This document shows, in pieces, positions 8,780-17,065 of a stretch of DNA of 64,000 nucleotides. The notes below the pieces were generated by a model. It worked only from the letters and a program-made list of their open reading frames with translations. It did no database searches and had not been told where the DNA came from. The position numbers and the translations under genes are program-made. This stretch comes from Candidatus Saccharimonadota bacterium. Lineage in GTDB: Bacteria > Patescibacteriota > Saccharimonadia > Saccharimonadales > JACDBH01. Position 1 is the stretch's first letter, and every line of letters begins with the position of its first letter. The stretch covers positions 36,255-100,254 of the forward strand of contig JAQGGW010000002.1 in assembly GCA_028289135.1 (NCBI GenBank), in the 5' to 3' direction.

Positions 8780-9415
8780 CTAGCTGGCTGGAGAAAAAAC
8801 GGTATCTATCACGTGCGTCACACCGTTGCTAGAAATGATGTCAGCAGTCTGGATGCCGACTTCAACGCCTTTAGCGTCTTTCATTTTTAGCTCGTTGTTT
8901 ACAACAACAGGTGTCAGCATTTCGCCTTCAACAGTTGTTAAGCTTTCGCCCTTAGATGCCATTACACGAAGGTCGGCGGAAGTATAAGTTCCGGCTACAA
9001 CGTGGTAGGAAAGGATCTTCTTAAGGGTAGGGAGGTTTTCGGTCTTAAGCAACGTGTCTACAGTTCCTGCGGGCAATTTGGCAAAAGCGTCGTTGTTTGG
9101 CGCAAAGACCGTGAATGGGCCAGGGCTCTTTAGTGTATCAACCAGGCCGGCAGCTTTTACAGCCGCAACCACAGTTGTTACGTTGCTTGCGTGCACAGCG
9201 TTGTCGACAATGTCGAGGCTGCTGACCATCTTGGCGCCGCCAACGGTAACGCCATCTTTGGCGTCTGATGTTGTCATGGCTGTTGATGAGGCACTTTTGG
9301 TGTCTGACTTCATGCCGTGGCCAATAGCGTAGCCGCCGCCCATGCCAATAATTAATGCTGCAATTGCAATAACTGCACCCATCATTGGCTTATTAGTATT
9401 ATTTGTTGGTTCCAT
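8780..9415 (-). CDS. Fasciclin (FAS1) domain protein, membrane-anchored or secreted
   Basis: FTVFAPNNDAFAKLPAGTVDTLL, LSYHVV and THVIDTV are FAS1 signatures; there is an N-terminal hydrophobic anchor. Confidence 0.8.
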   Translation of the reverse strand: MEPTNNTNKPMMGAVIAIAALIIGMGGGYAIGHGMKSDTKSASSTAMTTSDAKDGVTVGGAKMVSSLDIVDNAVHASNVTTVVAAVKAAGLVDTLKSPGPFTVFAPNNDAFAKLPAGTVDTLLKTENLPTLKKILSYHVVAGTYTSADLRVMASKGESLTTVEGEMLTPVVVNNELKMKDAKGVEVGIQTADIISSNGVTHVIDTVFSPAS

Positions 9416-9458
9416 AATGGATCCTCCTGATTTATTAATGATAATTATACTATTTACT

Positions 9459-9474
9459 TTACTTTACAAAGTAA
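9459..9474. promoter_or_regulatory. Palindromic candidate MarR operator
   Basis: TTACTTT-AC-AAAGTAA has 7-bp arms. It lies in the divergent fasciclin/marR intergenic region, just upstream of TATAGT (9484-9489). Confidence 0.4.
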
Positions 9475-9500
9475 ACTATAAGGTATAGTATACTGGGTAT

Positions 9501-9974
9501 ATGGACAAGTCAAGAAATTTGCAAAATATAACTATCGATCTAAGTAAGATCACAACCTACGAGTCTGGCGTCGTACAATCTACGGCTTACCGGGTTTTAA
9601 GCAAGCACGTGACAGAGATACTAAAAAAGCATGATGTGACCATGATGCAGTGGTTCGTTTTGGGTACGATATATAGCTCTGGAACAGGGGGGATCCGCCT
9701 GACTGACCTAGCCAAAAAAGTTGACACAGGCCTACCGTTTTTGACTAACCTGATTAACCTGCTTGAGCGTAAAAACATGGTCCACCGGGTGAGTAACCTC
9801 GAAGACAGCCGGTCAAAGTTTGTTGTCGTAACGCCGGACTTCTCCCGCAAATGTCGGACGATTGAGGCCGACCTTCGCGACGGAATGCGCAAAAGTTTGT
9901 ACAAAAACATTACACCCGAAGATCTAAAGACCTATATTAAGGTGCTGTACCAAATTGCCGCGATGAAATCCTAG
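9501..9974 (+). CDS. MarR-family transcriptional regulator
   Basis: 157 aa. The winged-helix segment LTDLAKKVDTGLPFLTNLINLLERKNMVHRV...DSRSKFVVVT is typical of MarR. Confidence 0.75.
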   Translation: MDKSRNLQNITIDLSKITTYESGVVQSTAYRVLSKHVTEILKKHDVTMMQWFVLGTIYSSGTGGIRLTDLAKKVDTGLPFLTNLINLLERKNMVHRVSNLEDSRSKFVVVTPDFSRKCRTIEADLRDGMRKSLYKNITPEDLKTYIKVLYQIAAMKS

Positions 9975-9982
9975 CCCTTATT

Positions 9983-10147
9983 ATGGAAAACGAAGAAAAA
10001 GTTTTACCGTGCGCCGACAAGCTAGCGCTTGATACCAAAAAACAAGCCGAAGCCGCCGCAACCGTGGCTGACTACCAGCGCAACGTTAAACTTGCGCCGT
10101 ACAAATGCCAGCACTGCGGGCTGTGGCATTTAAAGTCGGTTTATTAA
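9983..10147 (+). CDS. Possible 54-aa Cys-containing small protein (zinc-ribbon-like C-terminus YKCQHCGLWH)
   Basis: The ATG ORF lies 9 nt after the marR stop. It has a single N-terminal Cys plus a CxxC. It is below the ORF-track size cutoff. Confidence 0.35.
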   Translation: MENEEKVLPCADKLALDTKKQAEAAATVADYQRNVKLAPYKCQHCGLWHLKSVY

Positions 10148-10208
10148 TTTTCAACAGGTGCTTAAGAGGGACTACTTGCTGGATGTACTACGCGACTTTT
10201 CGGATAAT

Positions 10209-10484
10209 TTAGCGCGGCAACGTAATTCCTGCTTGTTTTGCAGCGATTATGAGTTTTGAATTTAGAGTTAATATTTTATTTTCTAGTGAGAGTTTAGAAA
10301 ATTTGCTATCAGTAGTATTTTTCTCTAATTCAGAAATCATTTCATATATATCTTTAATATCATTTCTAAGCGCTTGAATTTCACTAAGAATAGATTTTAT
10401 ATTCTCGTCGTTTTGTCTCGTAAAAGCAGATTCAAAGATAGAGCGAATTTCTTGTAGGTCAGATGTGGTTAGGCTCATGATCAC
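10209..10484 (-). CDS. Hypothetical coiled-coil protein in an AT-rich segment
   Basis: 91-aa ORF with heptad-like charged/hydrophobic periodicity; the surrounding DNA is visibly AT-rich. Confidence 0.4.
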   Translation of the reverse strand: MIMSLTTSDLQEIRSIFESAFTRQNDENIKSILSEIQALRNDIKDIYEMISELEKNTTDSKFSKLSLENKILTLNSKLIIAAKQAGITLPR

Positions 10485-10588
10485 ATTTTATCACGATATT
10501 AAAAGCGCTTACATCTTAATAATCAGTCTTCCCGAATTTATTAAATTTAGCACAAGCATCACCACGAGAGACGTGCTAAAGTTTAGGC

Positions 10589-11857
10589 ATGGCTTTACCA
10601 AAAATTCCTCTTGCCCAGACATTAATAGACAAATTTACTCCAAACCAAGTGCATATTGGGCACGGCGTCCGTGACCGCGCGCTGAAATATATTGATGCTT
10701 ACTGGGACCAACTAGGCCGCCAGCATGCGGAAGACCATGGGACACTGGTCGGTCTGCCGTATCCGTACATCGTGCCTTCGTCCAATCCGGACGCTAGGTT
10801 TCATTTTGAAGAGCAGTATTATTGGGACAGCTATTTTACCGCACTTGGCCTTAATGACATCAAGCATCAAAGCCTAGTCGAGGGCATGCTCGAGAATTTG
10901 CTGTATTTGTTTAAGCGCTTTGGGGTGGTGCCAAACGCCAGCCGCATGTACTTTACAGGCCGGTCGCAGCCGCCGCTTTTGACTAGTTTTATTTTTCACG
11001 TTTTTGATACATACGGCAAAGACAAGCCGTGGCTTGAAGAGCGTATGACGGTCGCGATGCGCGAATACGAAGAAGTTTGGATGAGTGACGCCCACCCAAA
11101 ATGGCACAAAGTCTATAGCGGCCTGAGCCGTTATTATGACGTAAATGTTTTGCATGACCTGGCCGAAGCCGAAAGCGGCTGGGACATGACGCCGCGTTTT
11201 GAGCGCAAATGCCTCGATTTTTTGCCGGTGGATCTTAACGCGCTATTGTACAAATATGAAACCGACTTCGCCCGGGCAGCGGCAATTTTGGGAAGAGAAA
11301 ACGAAGTAAAACTATGGGAAAAACAAGCAGCTCACCGCAAGACCGCCATGGATAAGCTGATGTGGGCCAAAATACGCGGCTTTTATTTTGACTATAATTT
11401 TGAGCGGAAGGTCTTAGGCGACATTTGGTCGCTGGCTGGCTTTTACACGATGTGGGCGGGGATGGCGAGTGAAGAGCAGGCCAGGCGGCTGGTGGACAAC
11501 CTGGCCAGGTTCGAAAAATCCGGCGGGCTAACAACGACCAGCCGGCCGTTTATTGATACTAACGCGCTGTTTGGCTCGCTAAAAGCGCAATGGGCGTATC
11601 CAAACGGCTGGGCGCCGCTGCATTATATTGTGGTTGAAGGCCTGCGGCGATATGGCTACCACGACGAGGCCAAGCGGATTGCCGCGAAATGGGTTAAGAA
11701 TAACTTAATGTGGTTTGATTCGCACGGCGTTTTTTTGGAAAAATATAACGTTGTTAACACGCGTAAAAAACCGGTGGAGGGGCTTTATCCTTCGCAGACA
11801 GGGTTTGGGTGGACGAACGCGGTACTAGTCCGCTTTATAACAGACTTCAATCTCTAG
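10589..11857 (+). CDS. Alpha,alpha-trehalase (glycoside hydrolase family 37)
   Basis: EEQYYWDSYF, GRSQPPLLT and WAYPNGWAPL correspond to the two GH37 signature regions. There is no signal peptide, so it is probably cytoplasmic. Confidence 0.85.
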   Translation: MALPKIPLAQTLIDKFTPNQVHIGHGVRDRALKYIDAYWDQLGRQHAEDHGTLVGLPYPYIVPSSNPDARFHFEEQYYWDSYFTALGLNDIKHQSLVEGMLENLLYLFKRFGVVPNASRMYFTGRSQPPLLTSFIFHVFDTYGKDKPWLEERMTVAMREYEEVWMSDAHPKWHKVYSGLSRYYDVNVLHDLAEAESGWDMTPRFERKCLDFLPVDLNALLYKYETDFARAAAILGRENEVKLWEKQAAHRKTAMDKLMWAKIRGFYFDYNFERKVLGDIWSLAGFYTMWAGMASEEQARRLVDNLARFEKSGGLTTTSRPFIDTNALFGSLKAQWAYPNGWAPLHYIVVEGLRRYGYHDEAKRIAAKWVKNNLMWFDSHGVFLEKYNVVNTRKKPVEGLYPSQTGFGWTNAVLVRFITDFNL

Positions 11858-11905
11858 TAAACCTATTAACACCAACAAAATGTGACAATTATTTTATAGC
11901 TAAAA

Positions 11906-12262
11906 TTATAACTGACCTTTTAACGACTTTATAAAAAATAAGCTGAAGATTATAAAAATAAATAAACCCACTACTAATCCAATACTTAACCCAGATATCG
12001 CGATGACCTTACCGGTAGTAGATAAACTTTTTTTACGGCTCGTTATCATTTTAGCCAATAATGAGATTATGAAAACTATAAAATCAACGAGAAGAACTGA
12101 ATTTCCTGTAATTTTGTACAATATAGTATTAAAACCCGTAGCTCCAGTCAGTGGCTCAGAAATAGCTGTATGTACGTAAAAATGAAACAGTAGATATATT
12201 GTACTAATAGCTATTAAACTATTAACTATTACGCGAGTTGCTTTCAGATTATTATTCTGCAT
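11906..12262 (-). CDS. Hypothetical membrane protein in an AT-rich segment
   Basis: 118 aa with 3-4 Ile/Phe-rich hydrophobic helices; no recognisable family. Confidence 0.4.
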   Translation of the reverse strand: MQNNNLKATRVIVNSLIAISTIYLLFHFYVHTAISEPLTGATGFNTILYKITGNSVLLVDFIVFIISLLAKMITSRKKSLSTTGKVIAISGLSIGLVVGLFIFIIFSLFFIKSLKGQL

Positions 12263-12418
12263 TTAGGTTAATATTAGCATAAGTAAAATGTAGAAATGCA
12301 GCTATAGAATTCAGATACGTTTAATTATGTCATACCTGAACTATTTAAAGTCTAAGCCAGTTTTACACATTTGAATAAATAGTTAGGAATAACAGATACA
12401 AAATGCTATTATTTTTAT

Positions 12419-12466
12419 ATGACAAAAGCACGACTTACATTTGTAATGATGTATATGCCCCGCTAG
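12419..12466 (+). promoter_or_regulatory. Candidate Met-rich leader mini-ORF (MTKARLTFVMMYMPR) upstream of metG
   Basis: TGcTATTAT (12404-12412) lies 6 nt before the ATG. Three Met codons fall within four positions near the end. The stop overlaps a short GC hairpin (12457-12469) followed by TGCTTTTTA. Confidence 0.3.
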
Positions 12467-12529
12467 GGCTGCTTTTTATTTCTCTATTTTCTTTATATCA
12501 ACCTCCTAAACAAGTAAACTAGGACTATC

Positions 12530-13993
12530 ATGACCAATTTTTATCTGACCACATCCATTCCATACATTAACGGCGAACCGCACATTGGCTTTGGCCTTGA
12601 GGTAACTCTCGCCGATGTTATAGCCCGCTATGCCCGCCAGCAAGGCAACAATGTAATTTTTACGACCGGAACCGACGAACACGGCGGCAAGATCGAAGAA
12701 AAAGCTAAAGAACTCAAAATTACTCCGCAAGCTTTGGCTGACCAAAATTCCGCCAAATTCCGCGAACTAGCAACCGTGCTAGACATTACCAACGACCGTT
12801 TTATCCGTACCACAGACAAGGGCCACGAACAGCGCGCACAGATTATCTGGAAAAATTTAAGCAAAGATATCTATAAAGCCAAATACACCGGCTGGTATTG
12901 CGTGGGCGACGAAGCTTTCTTTACCGAAACTGTGGTCAAAGAAAACAACGGAATTTGCCCGGCTCACAACCGCCCATATGACAAAATCGAAGAAGAAAAC
13001 TACTTTTTTAGGCTCTCTGCCTATAACGACCAAATCCTAAAGGCTCTTACGGACGGCAGCTTTAGGGTTGTGCCAGAAACTAAGAAAAACGAAGTTTTGG
13101 GGCTGCTAAAAGAGGGCCTTGAGGACATTAGCATATCGCGTCCAAAAGAAAAGATCAGCTGGGGGATCCCGGTGCCCGGGGACAAAACCCAGGTAATGTA
13201 TGTCTGGTTTGAAGCGCTTTTAAACTATATTACTGTGCTTGGCTACCCGGAACACGAAGATTTTAAGAAGTTTTGGCCGGCCAATGTGCAGGTTGTTGGC
13301 AAAGACATTACCCGTTTTCACGCAGCCATTTGGCCCGGCATTTTGCTTGGTCTTGGCATTGCGCTGCCAAAAGCCCTGTATGTGCACGGTTTTGTTAACG
13401 TATCGGGCCAGAAAATCAGCAAGAGCCTAGGCAATGTTATTAATCCCGCAGAAATTGTAAAAACCTACGGAGTTGACGCTTTCCGCTACTTTTTCCTGAG
13501 GCACATTCCAAGCTATGGCGATGGCGACTTTAGCTACGAAGAATTTGAGCGCGCCTACAACAACGAGCTTGGCAACGAGCTTGGCAACGCCGTTCAGCGA
13601 ACAGTGGTAATGATCGAAAAGTTCCAAGATGGTGTGGTGGGCAACATTCCGCCGGCCGAACACGACAACGCGGTATACCATCAAGCCATTGCCGACTTTA
13701 AGTTCGACCGGGCTTTGGACAGCGTCTGGGAGCAAGTCCGCGGGCTGAACCAGTTTATTGACGAGCAAAAACCGTGGACCATTGCCAAAGAAGGCGACAC
13801 GGAACATCTGCGCGAAGTTCTGGCCAGCATGGTCAGCGATTTGTTGGAAATTGCCGAATCTTTGGTGCCTTTTTTGCCAAACACTGCCGCGTCTATTAAG
13901 TCTATCTTTGCGGAAGGTTTGCTGCACGCGCAAAAAACTGTCCTGTTCCCCAAGATCGAAAACTACAAAACCGACAAGGTCGAAAAGGGCTAG
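12530..13993 (+). CDS. metG: Methionine--tRNA ligase (short form, no C-terminal tRNA-binding domain)
   Basis: Class I motifs PYINGEPHIGFG (HIGH region) and KISKSLGN (KMSKS), with a MetRS-type anticodon-binding region. Confidence 0.93.
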   Translation: MTNFYLTTSIPYINGEPHIGFGLEVTLADVIARYARQQGNNVIFTTGTDEHGGKIEEKAKELKITPQALADQNSAKFRELATVLDITNDRFIRTTDKGHEQRAQIIWKNLSKDIYKAKYTGWYCVGDEAFFTETVVKENNGICPAHNRPYDKIEEENYFFRLSAYNDQILKALTDGSFRVVPETKKNEVLGLLKEGLEDISISRPKEKISWGIPVPGDKTQVMYVWFEALLNYITVLGYPEHEDFKKFWPANVQVVGKDITRFHAAIWPGILLGLGIALPKALYVHGFVNVSGQKISKSLGNVINPAEIVKTYGVDAFRYFFLRHIPSYGDGDFSYEEFERAYNNELGNELGNAVQRTVVMIEKFQDGVVGNIPPAEHDNAVYHQAIADFKFDRALDSVWEQVRGLNQFIDEQKPWTIAKEGDTEHLREVLASMVSDLLEIAESLVPFLPNTAASIKSIFAEGLLHAQKTVLFPKIENYKTDKVEKG

Positions 13994-13998
13994 CCGCG

Positions 13999-14769
13999 GT
14001 GATTGAGCTGATTGATACGCATTGCCACCTGCAGTTTGCGGACTACCCGCTTGACCCAGAGCAGACGCTGGTTGACGCCCAAAAAGATGGTGTTGTGGCT
14101 GTGATTGCCGTGGGCTGCACGCTAGAAGACAGCAAAGAAGCCGTTAAATTTGCGGCTAAATACGACAATGTGTGGGCGGCAATTGGTCTGCATCCGCACG
14201 AAGCCAAGGTCTATGTACACAATCATAAGGCCCTGCAGGAGTTCCATGAGCTTGCTAAAGCGCCCAAAGTGGTGGCAATTGGCGAAACTGGCCTGGATTT
14301 TTACTATAATCACTCAGATAGGGACCAGCAGGAACAGATGCTGCGTTTCCAGCTTGACATGGCCGTGGAGCACAATTTGCCTGTTATTTTCCATGTCCGC
14401 GAGGCATTTGATGAGTTTTGGCCGATTTTTGACCAATATAGCGGGCTTACAGGGGTCATCCACAGTTTTAGCAGTAATATTGCAGATTTGGAGCAAATAT
14501 TGTCTAGAGAGCTCTATGTGGGCCTAAATGGCATAATGACCTTTACAAAACGCTCTGAACAGCTGGAGGCGGCAAAATGCGTGCCTCTGGACAAATTACT
14601 CCTTGAAACAGATGCGCCGTTCTTGACTCCAGCCCCGTTCCGTGGTAAAATGGGTGAGTCGAAGTATGTTCGAGTAACAGGAGAGTTCTTGAGCAAACTT
14701 CGAGGCGAAACTTTAGAGACGCTGGCAAATGCAACTACCGCCAACGCACGAAAATTATTCAAACTATAG
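13999..14769 (+). CDS. tatD: TatD-family metal-dependent hydrolase/DNase
   Basis: IDTHCHL at the N-terminus, GETGLDFYY, HSFS and ETDAPFL motifs; GTG start. Confidence 0.88.
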   Translation: MIELIDTHCHLQFADYPLDPEQTLVDAQKDGVVAVIAVGCTLEDSKEAVKFAAKYDNVWAAIGLHPHEAKVYVHNHKALQEFHELAKAPKVVAIGETGLDFYYNHSDRDQQEQMLRFQLDMAVEHNLPVIFHVREAFDEFWPIFDQYSGLTGVIHSFSSNIADLEQILSRELYVGLNGIMTFTKRSEQLEAAKCVPLDKLLLETDAPFLTPAPFRGKMGESKYVRVTGEFLSKLRGETLETLANATTANARKLFKL

Positions 14770-14775
14770 AACATC

Positions 14776-15345
14776 ATGTATATACCATTCCTAGGCGACA
14801 TATCACCCGAAGCATCATACGAAGGCTTAAGTACTCCGCAATCTATGATTATCAAGCACCTTATTGACGTGCACGCTGCAATTAATACAATAGAACAGCA
14901 CAATGCACCTGCCGAGCCGGTATATATGGGCCATAACTACGAAAACCAATACGCCGCTCTGACAACACCTCAGCAGCCATACCAGAGTGATTTTTCTAAA
15001 GACATGACTATCCACATGAGAAGCACTGCAGTACAGCCGGAAACACTTGAGCACCCAGAACTTATTAGTTCTGCGCCAGTTTTACGCATTGTAGGTGACG
15101 TCGCAAATGCCGGCACAATTATGAACAAAGAAGCCCGCCCGCTTGACGCTGAACAGACTGACCGGATGCCCGATTATACTGCGATTTCTAACACCGCATT
15201 TACCGATAATGTTTCTGTAAATCCAGTTGTTGTTGATCTGAGCGCTTACCGTTCCGGACTTAATGTTCCTCTTATCACCCAAGCCGCAATTGAATTAGCT
15301 ATTCCAGGAGACAAAGCTCGTGCCGATCTTGCCCAAGCTGCTTAG
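14776..15345 (+). CDS. Hypothetical protein
   Basis: 189-aa ORF directly after tatD; no recognisable motifs. Confidence 0.45.
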   Translation: MYIPFLGDISPEASYEGLSTPQSMIIKHLIDVHAAINTIEQHNAPAEPVYMGHNYENQYAALTTPQQPYQSDFSKDMTIHMRSTAVQPETLEHPELISSAPVLRIVGDVANAGTIMNKEARPLDAEQTDRMPDYTAISNTAFTDNVSVNPVVVDLSAYRSGLNVPLITQAAIELAIPGDKARADLAQAA

Positions 15346-15694
15346 TACTAAAGCCCAGCGCCAAGATGACCGCGAAGCTGAGCTATACCGTTCTTTGCTG
15401 CGCCGCGAAGCCAAAATTGGCGGTGAGATTTTTGGGGCTGTCCCAGAAGGCGGCAAACGCGAATTTTTCTGCCTGGATGAACACACTTGGATTTGGCATG
15501 AAGAATGGCTGGACGCAAACCGTCAGCGCCAGATAAAAACTACCCGCTACGACATCCGCCCAACCGGGATTCTAAAAGCCCAGGACGGCCAGACTTATCA
15601 GCACGTTAGCATCGAAGAGGCCGAGCGCTTGCTCCAGGCTGCCAAATTATACGAAAAAAGAATCAAGACCGAGCTTTACGCCGCCTATATCTAA
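15320..15694 (+). CDS. Hypothetical protein
   Basis: 124-aa ORF with a GTG start overlapping the previous gene by 26 nt; no recognisable family. Confidence 0.45.
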   Translation: MPILPKLLSTKAQRQDDREAELYRSLLRREAKIGGEIFGAVPEGGKREFFCLDEHTWIWHEEWLDANRQRQIKTTRYDIRPTGILKAQDGQTYQHVSIEEAERLLQAAKLYEKRIKTELYAAYI

Positions 15695-15711
15695 GGCGGA
15701 CAGGGTAAATT

Positions 15712-16848
15712 ATGAATTATTTTGACTACGCGGCCGCGACGCCGATGAGCCCGACCGTACTGGCAGCAATGCAGCCGTATTTTACGGATGCTTTTTATAA
15801 TCCTTCGGCGCAGTACCTTGCCGCGCAGGACGTACGGAAGGCAATTGAAAAGGCGCGAAGTGATGTTGCCGTGATTTTGGGCGCACGGACACCAGAAATT
15901 ATTTTTACAGCCGGTGGCACCGAGGCTAACAACCTGGCCATTCATGGGGTTATGGCGCGCTATCCTGAGGCAAACTGCGTCGTGAGCGCTGTGGAGCATG
16001 ACGCGGTTTTGGAGCCAGCCGGGCAATATGACTGCCGGTTTTGCCCAGTTAAGCCAGATGGCCGGATTGATCTGGATGCTTTAAAAAATTTGATAGATGA
16101 CAAAACAGTGCTCGTGAGCGTGATGTATGCCAACAACGAGATCGGTACAGTGCAGCCGCTGGCCCAGGTTGCCAAAATTTTGCGTGAAATGCAGGCAAAT
16201 CGGACCAAAAACGGCAACACTTTGCCGCTATATTTCCACACCGATGCCTGCCAGGCGCCCAACTATTTGCAGATCCTCCCAAACACTCTGGGCGTTGATA
16301 TGATGACTCTAAACGGTGGCAAGATTTACGGGCCAAAACAGTCGGGAGTACTGTTTGTTAAGTCCGGGATTGAGCTGGAGCCTTTGGTGCGAGGCGGCGG
16401 CCAAGAGCGTAATTTGCGCAGCGGCACCGAAAATGTGGCCGGTATCGTTGGCTTTGCCGCGGCACTAAAAGAGGCGCACGCTATTCGGGAAACCGAATCC
16501 GCCCGCCTTTCTGAGCTGCTACACACGGCTGTTAATTTTATTACCAAAGAAATGCCCAGCGCTGTTTTAAACGGGGCATTTGGCTACCGTTTGCCCAACA
16601 ACCTGCACATTACTTTTCCGGGCGCCGACAACGAACGCTTGATGATGTGCTTGGACGAACAAGGCTTTCAGGTGGCAGTTGGATCCGCCTGCAGCGCCAG
16701 CAGCGACGAACCATCGCACGTCTTAAAAGCCATCGGCATGAGCGACGCGGATGCACAATCCTCGCTCCGCATAACAATGGGCCGCCAAACCACCCGCGAA
16801 GAAATATTAGAACTCCTCAAAGCCTGCAAAGACCTCATCTCAAAATAG
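15712..16848 (+). CDS. Cysteine desulfurase (class V aminotransferase, NifS/IscS-like)
   Basis: The PLP-lysine region is NGGKIYGPKQSG, the active-site Cys loop is GSACSASS, and TGGTEANN lies near the N-terminus. Confidence 0.85.
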   Translation: MNYFDYAAATPMSPTVLAAMQPYFTDAFYNPSAQYLAAQDVRKAIEKARSDVAVILGARTPEIIFTAGGTEANNLAIHGVMARYPEANCVVSAVEHDAVLEPAGQYDCRFCPVKPDGRIDLDALKNLIDDKTVLVSVMYANNEIGTVQPLAQVAKILREMQANRTKNGNTLPLYFHTDACQAPNYLQILPNTLGVDMMTLNGGKIYGPKQSGVLFVKSGIELEPLVRGGGQERNLRSGTENVAGIVGFAAALKEAHAIRETESARLSELLHTAVNFITKEMPSAVLNGAFGYRLPNNLHITFPGADNERLMMCLDEQGFQVAVGSACSASSDEPSHVLKAIGMSDADAQSSLRITMGRQTTREEILELLKACKDLISK

Positions 16849-16882
16849 CCATTTGCTCTCAGCGTCAACTAGTTAAGGACTA

Positions 16883-17022
16883 TTGAGCAAATACCCATGA
16901 AGGTACCGTTCACGCGCGGTGAAGTTGCTGCCGAGCCTATATACAGTAATAGCCTGGTCTCGGCAGACAACTTCCCGGCTCCTCTCAGGGTCCTTTAGTA
17001 CCTTCCTAGGTATTTGCTCAAA
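16883..17022 (+). repeat. Long imperfect hairpin element 'D' (about 140 nt) downstream of the cysteine desulfurase gene
   Basis: Nested complementary arms: GAGCAAATACC/GGTATTTGCTC, GAAGGTAC/GTACCTTC, GAAGTTG/CAACTTC and CTGCCGAG/CTCGGCAG. Only one copy was seen in the window. Confidence 0.6.
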
Positions 17023-17065
17023 GTCCCACGGGAGCTATTTTTGCCGGTCTAAGGCTTATTGACAC

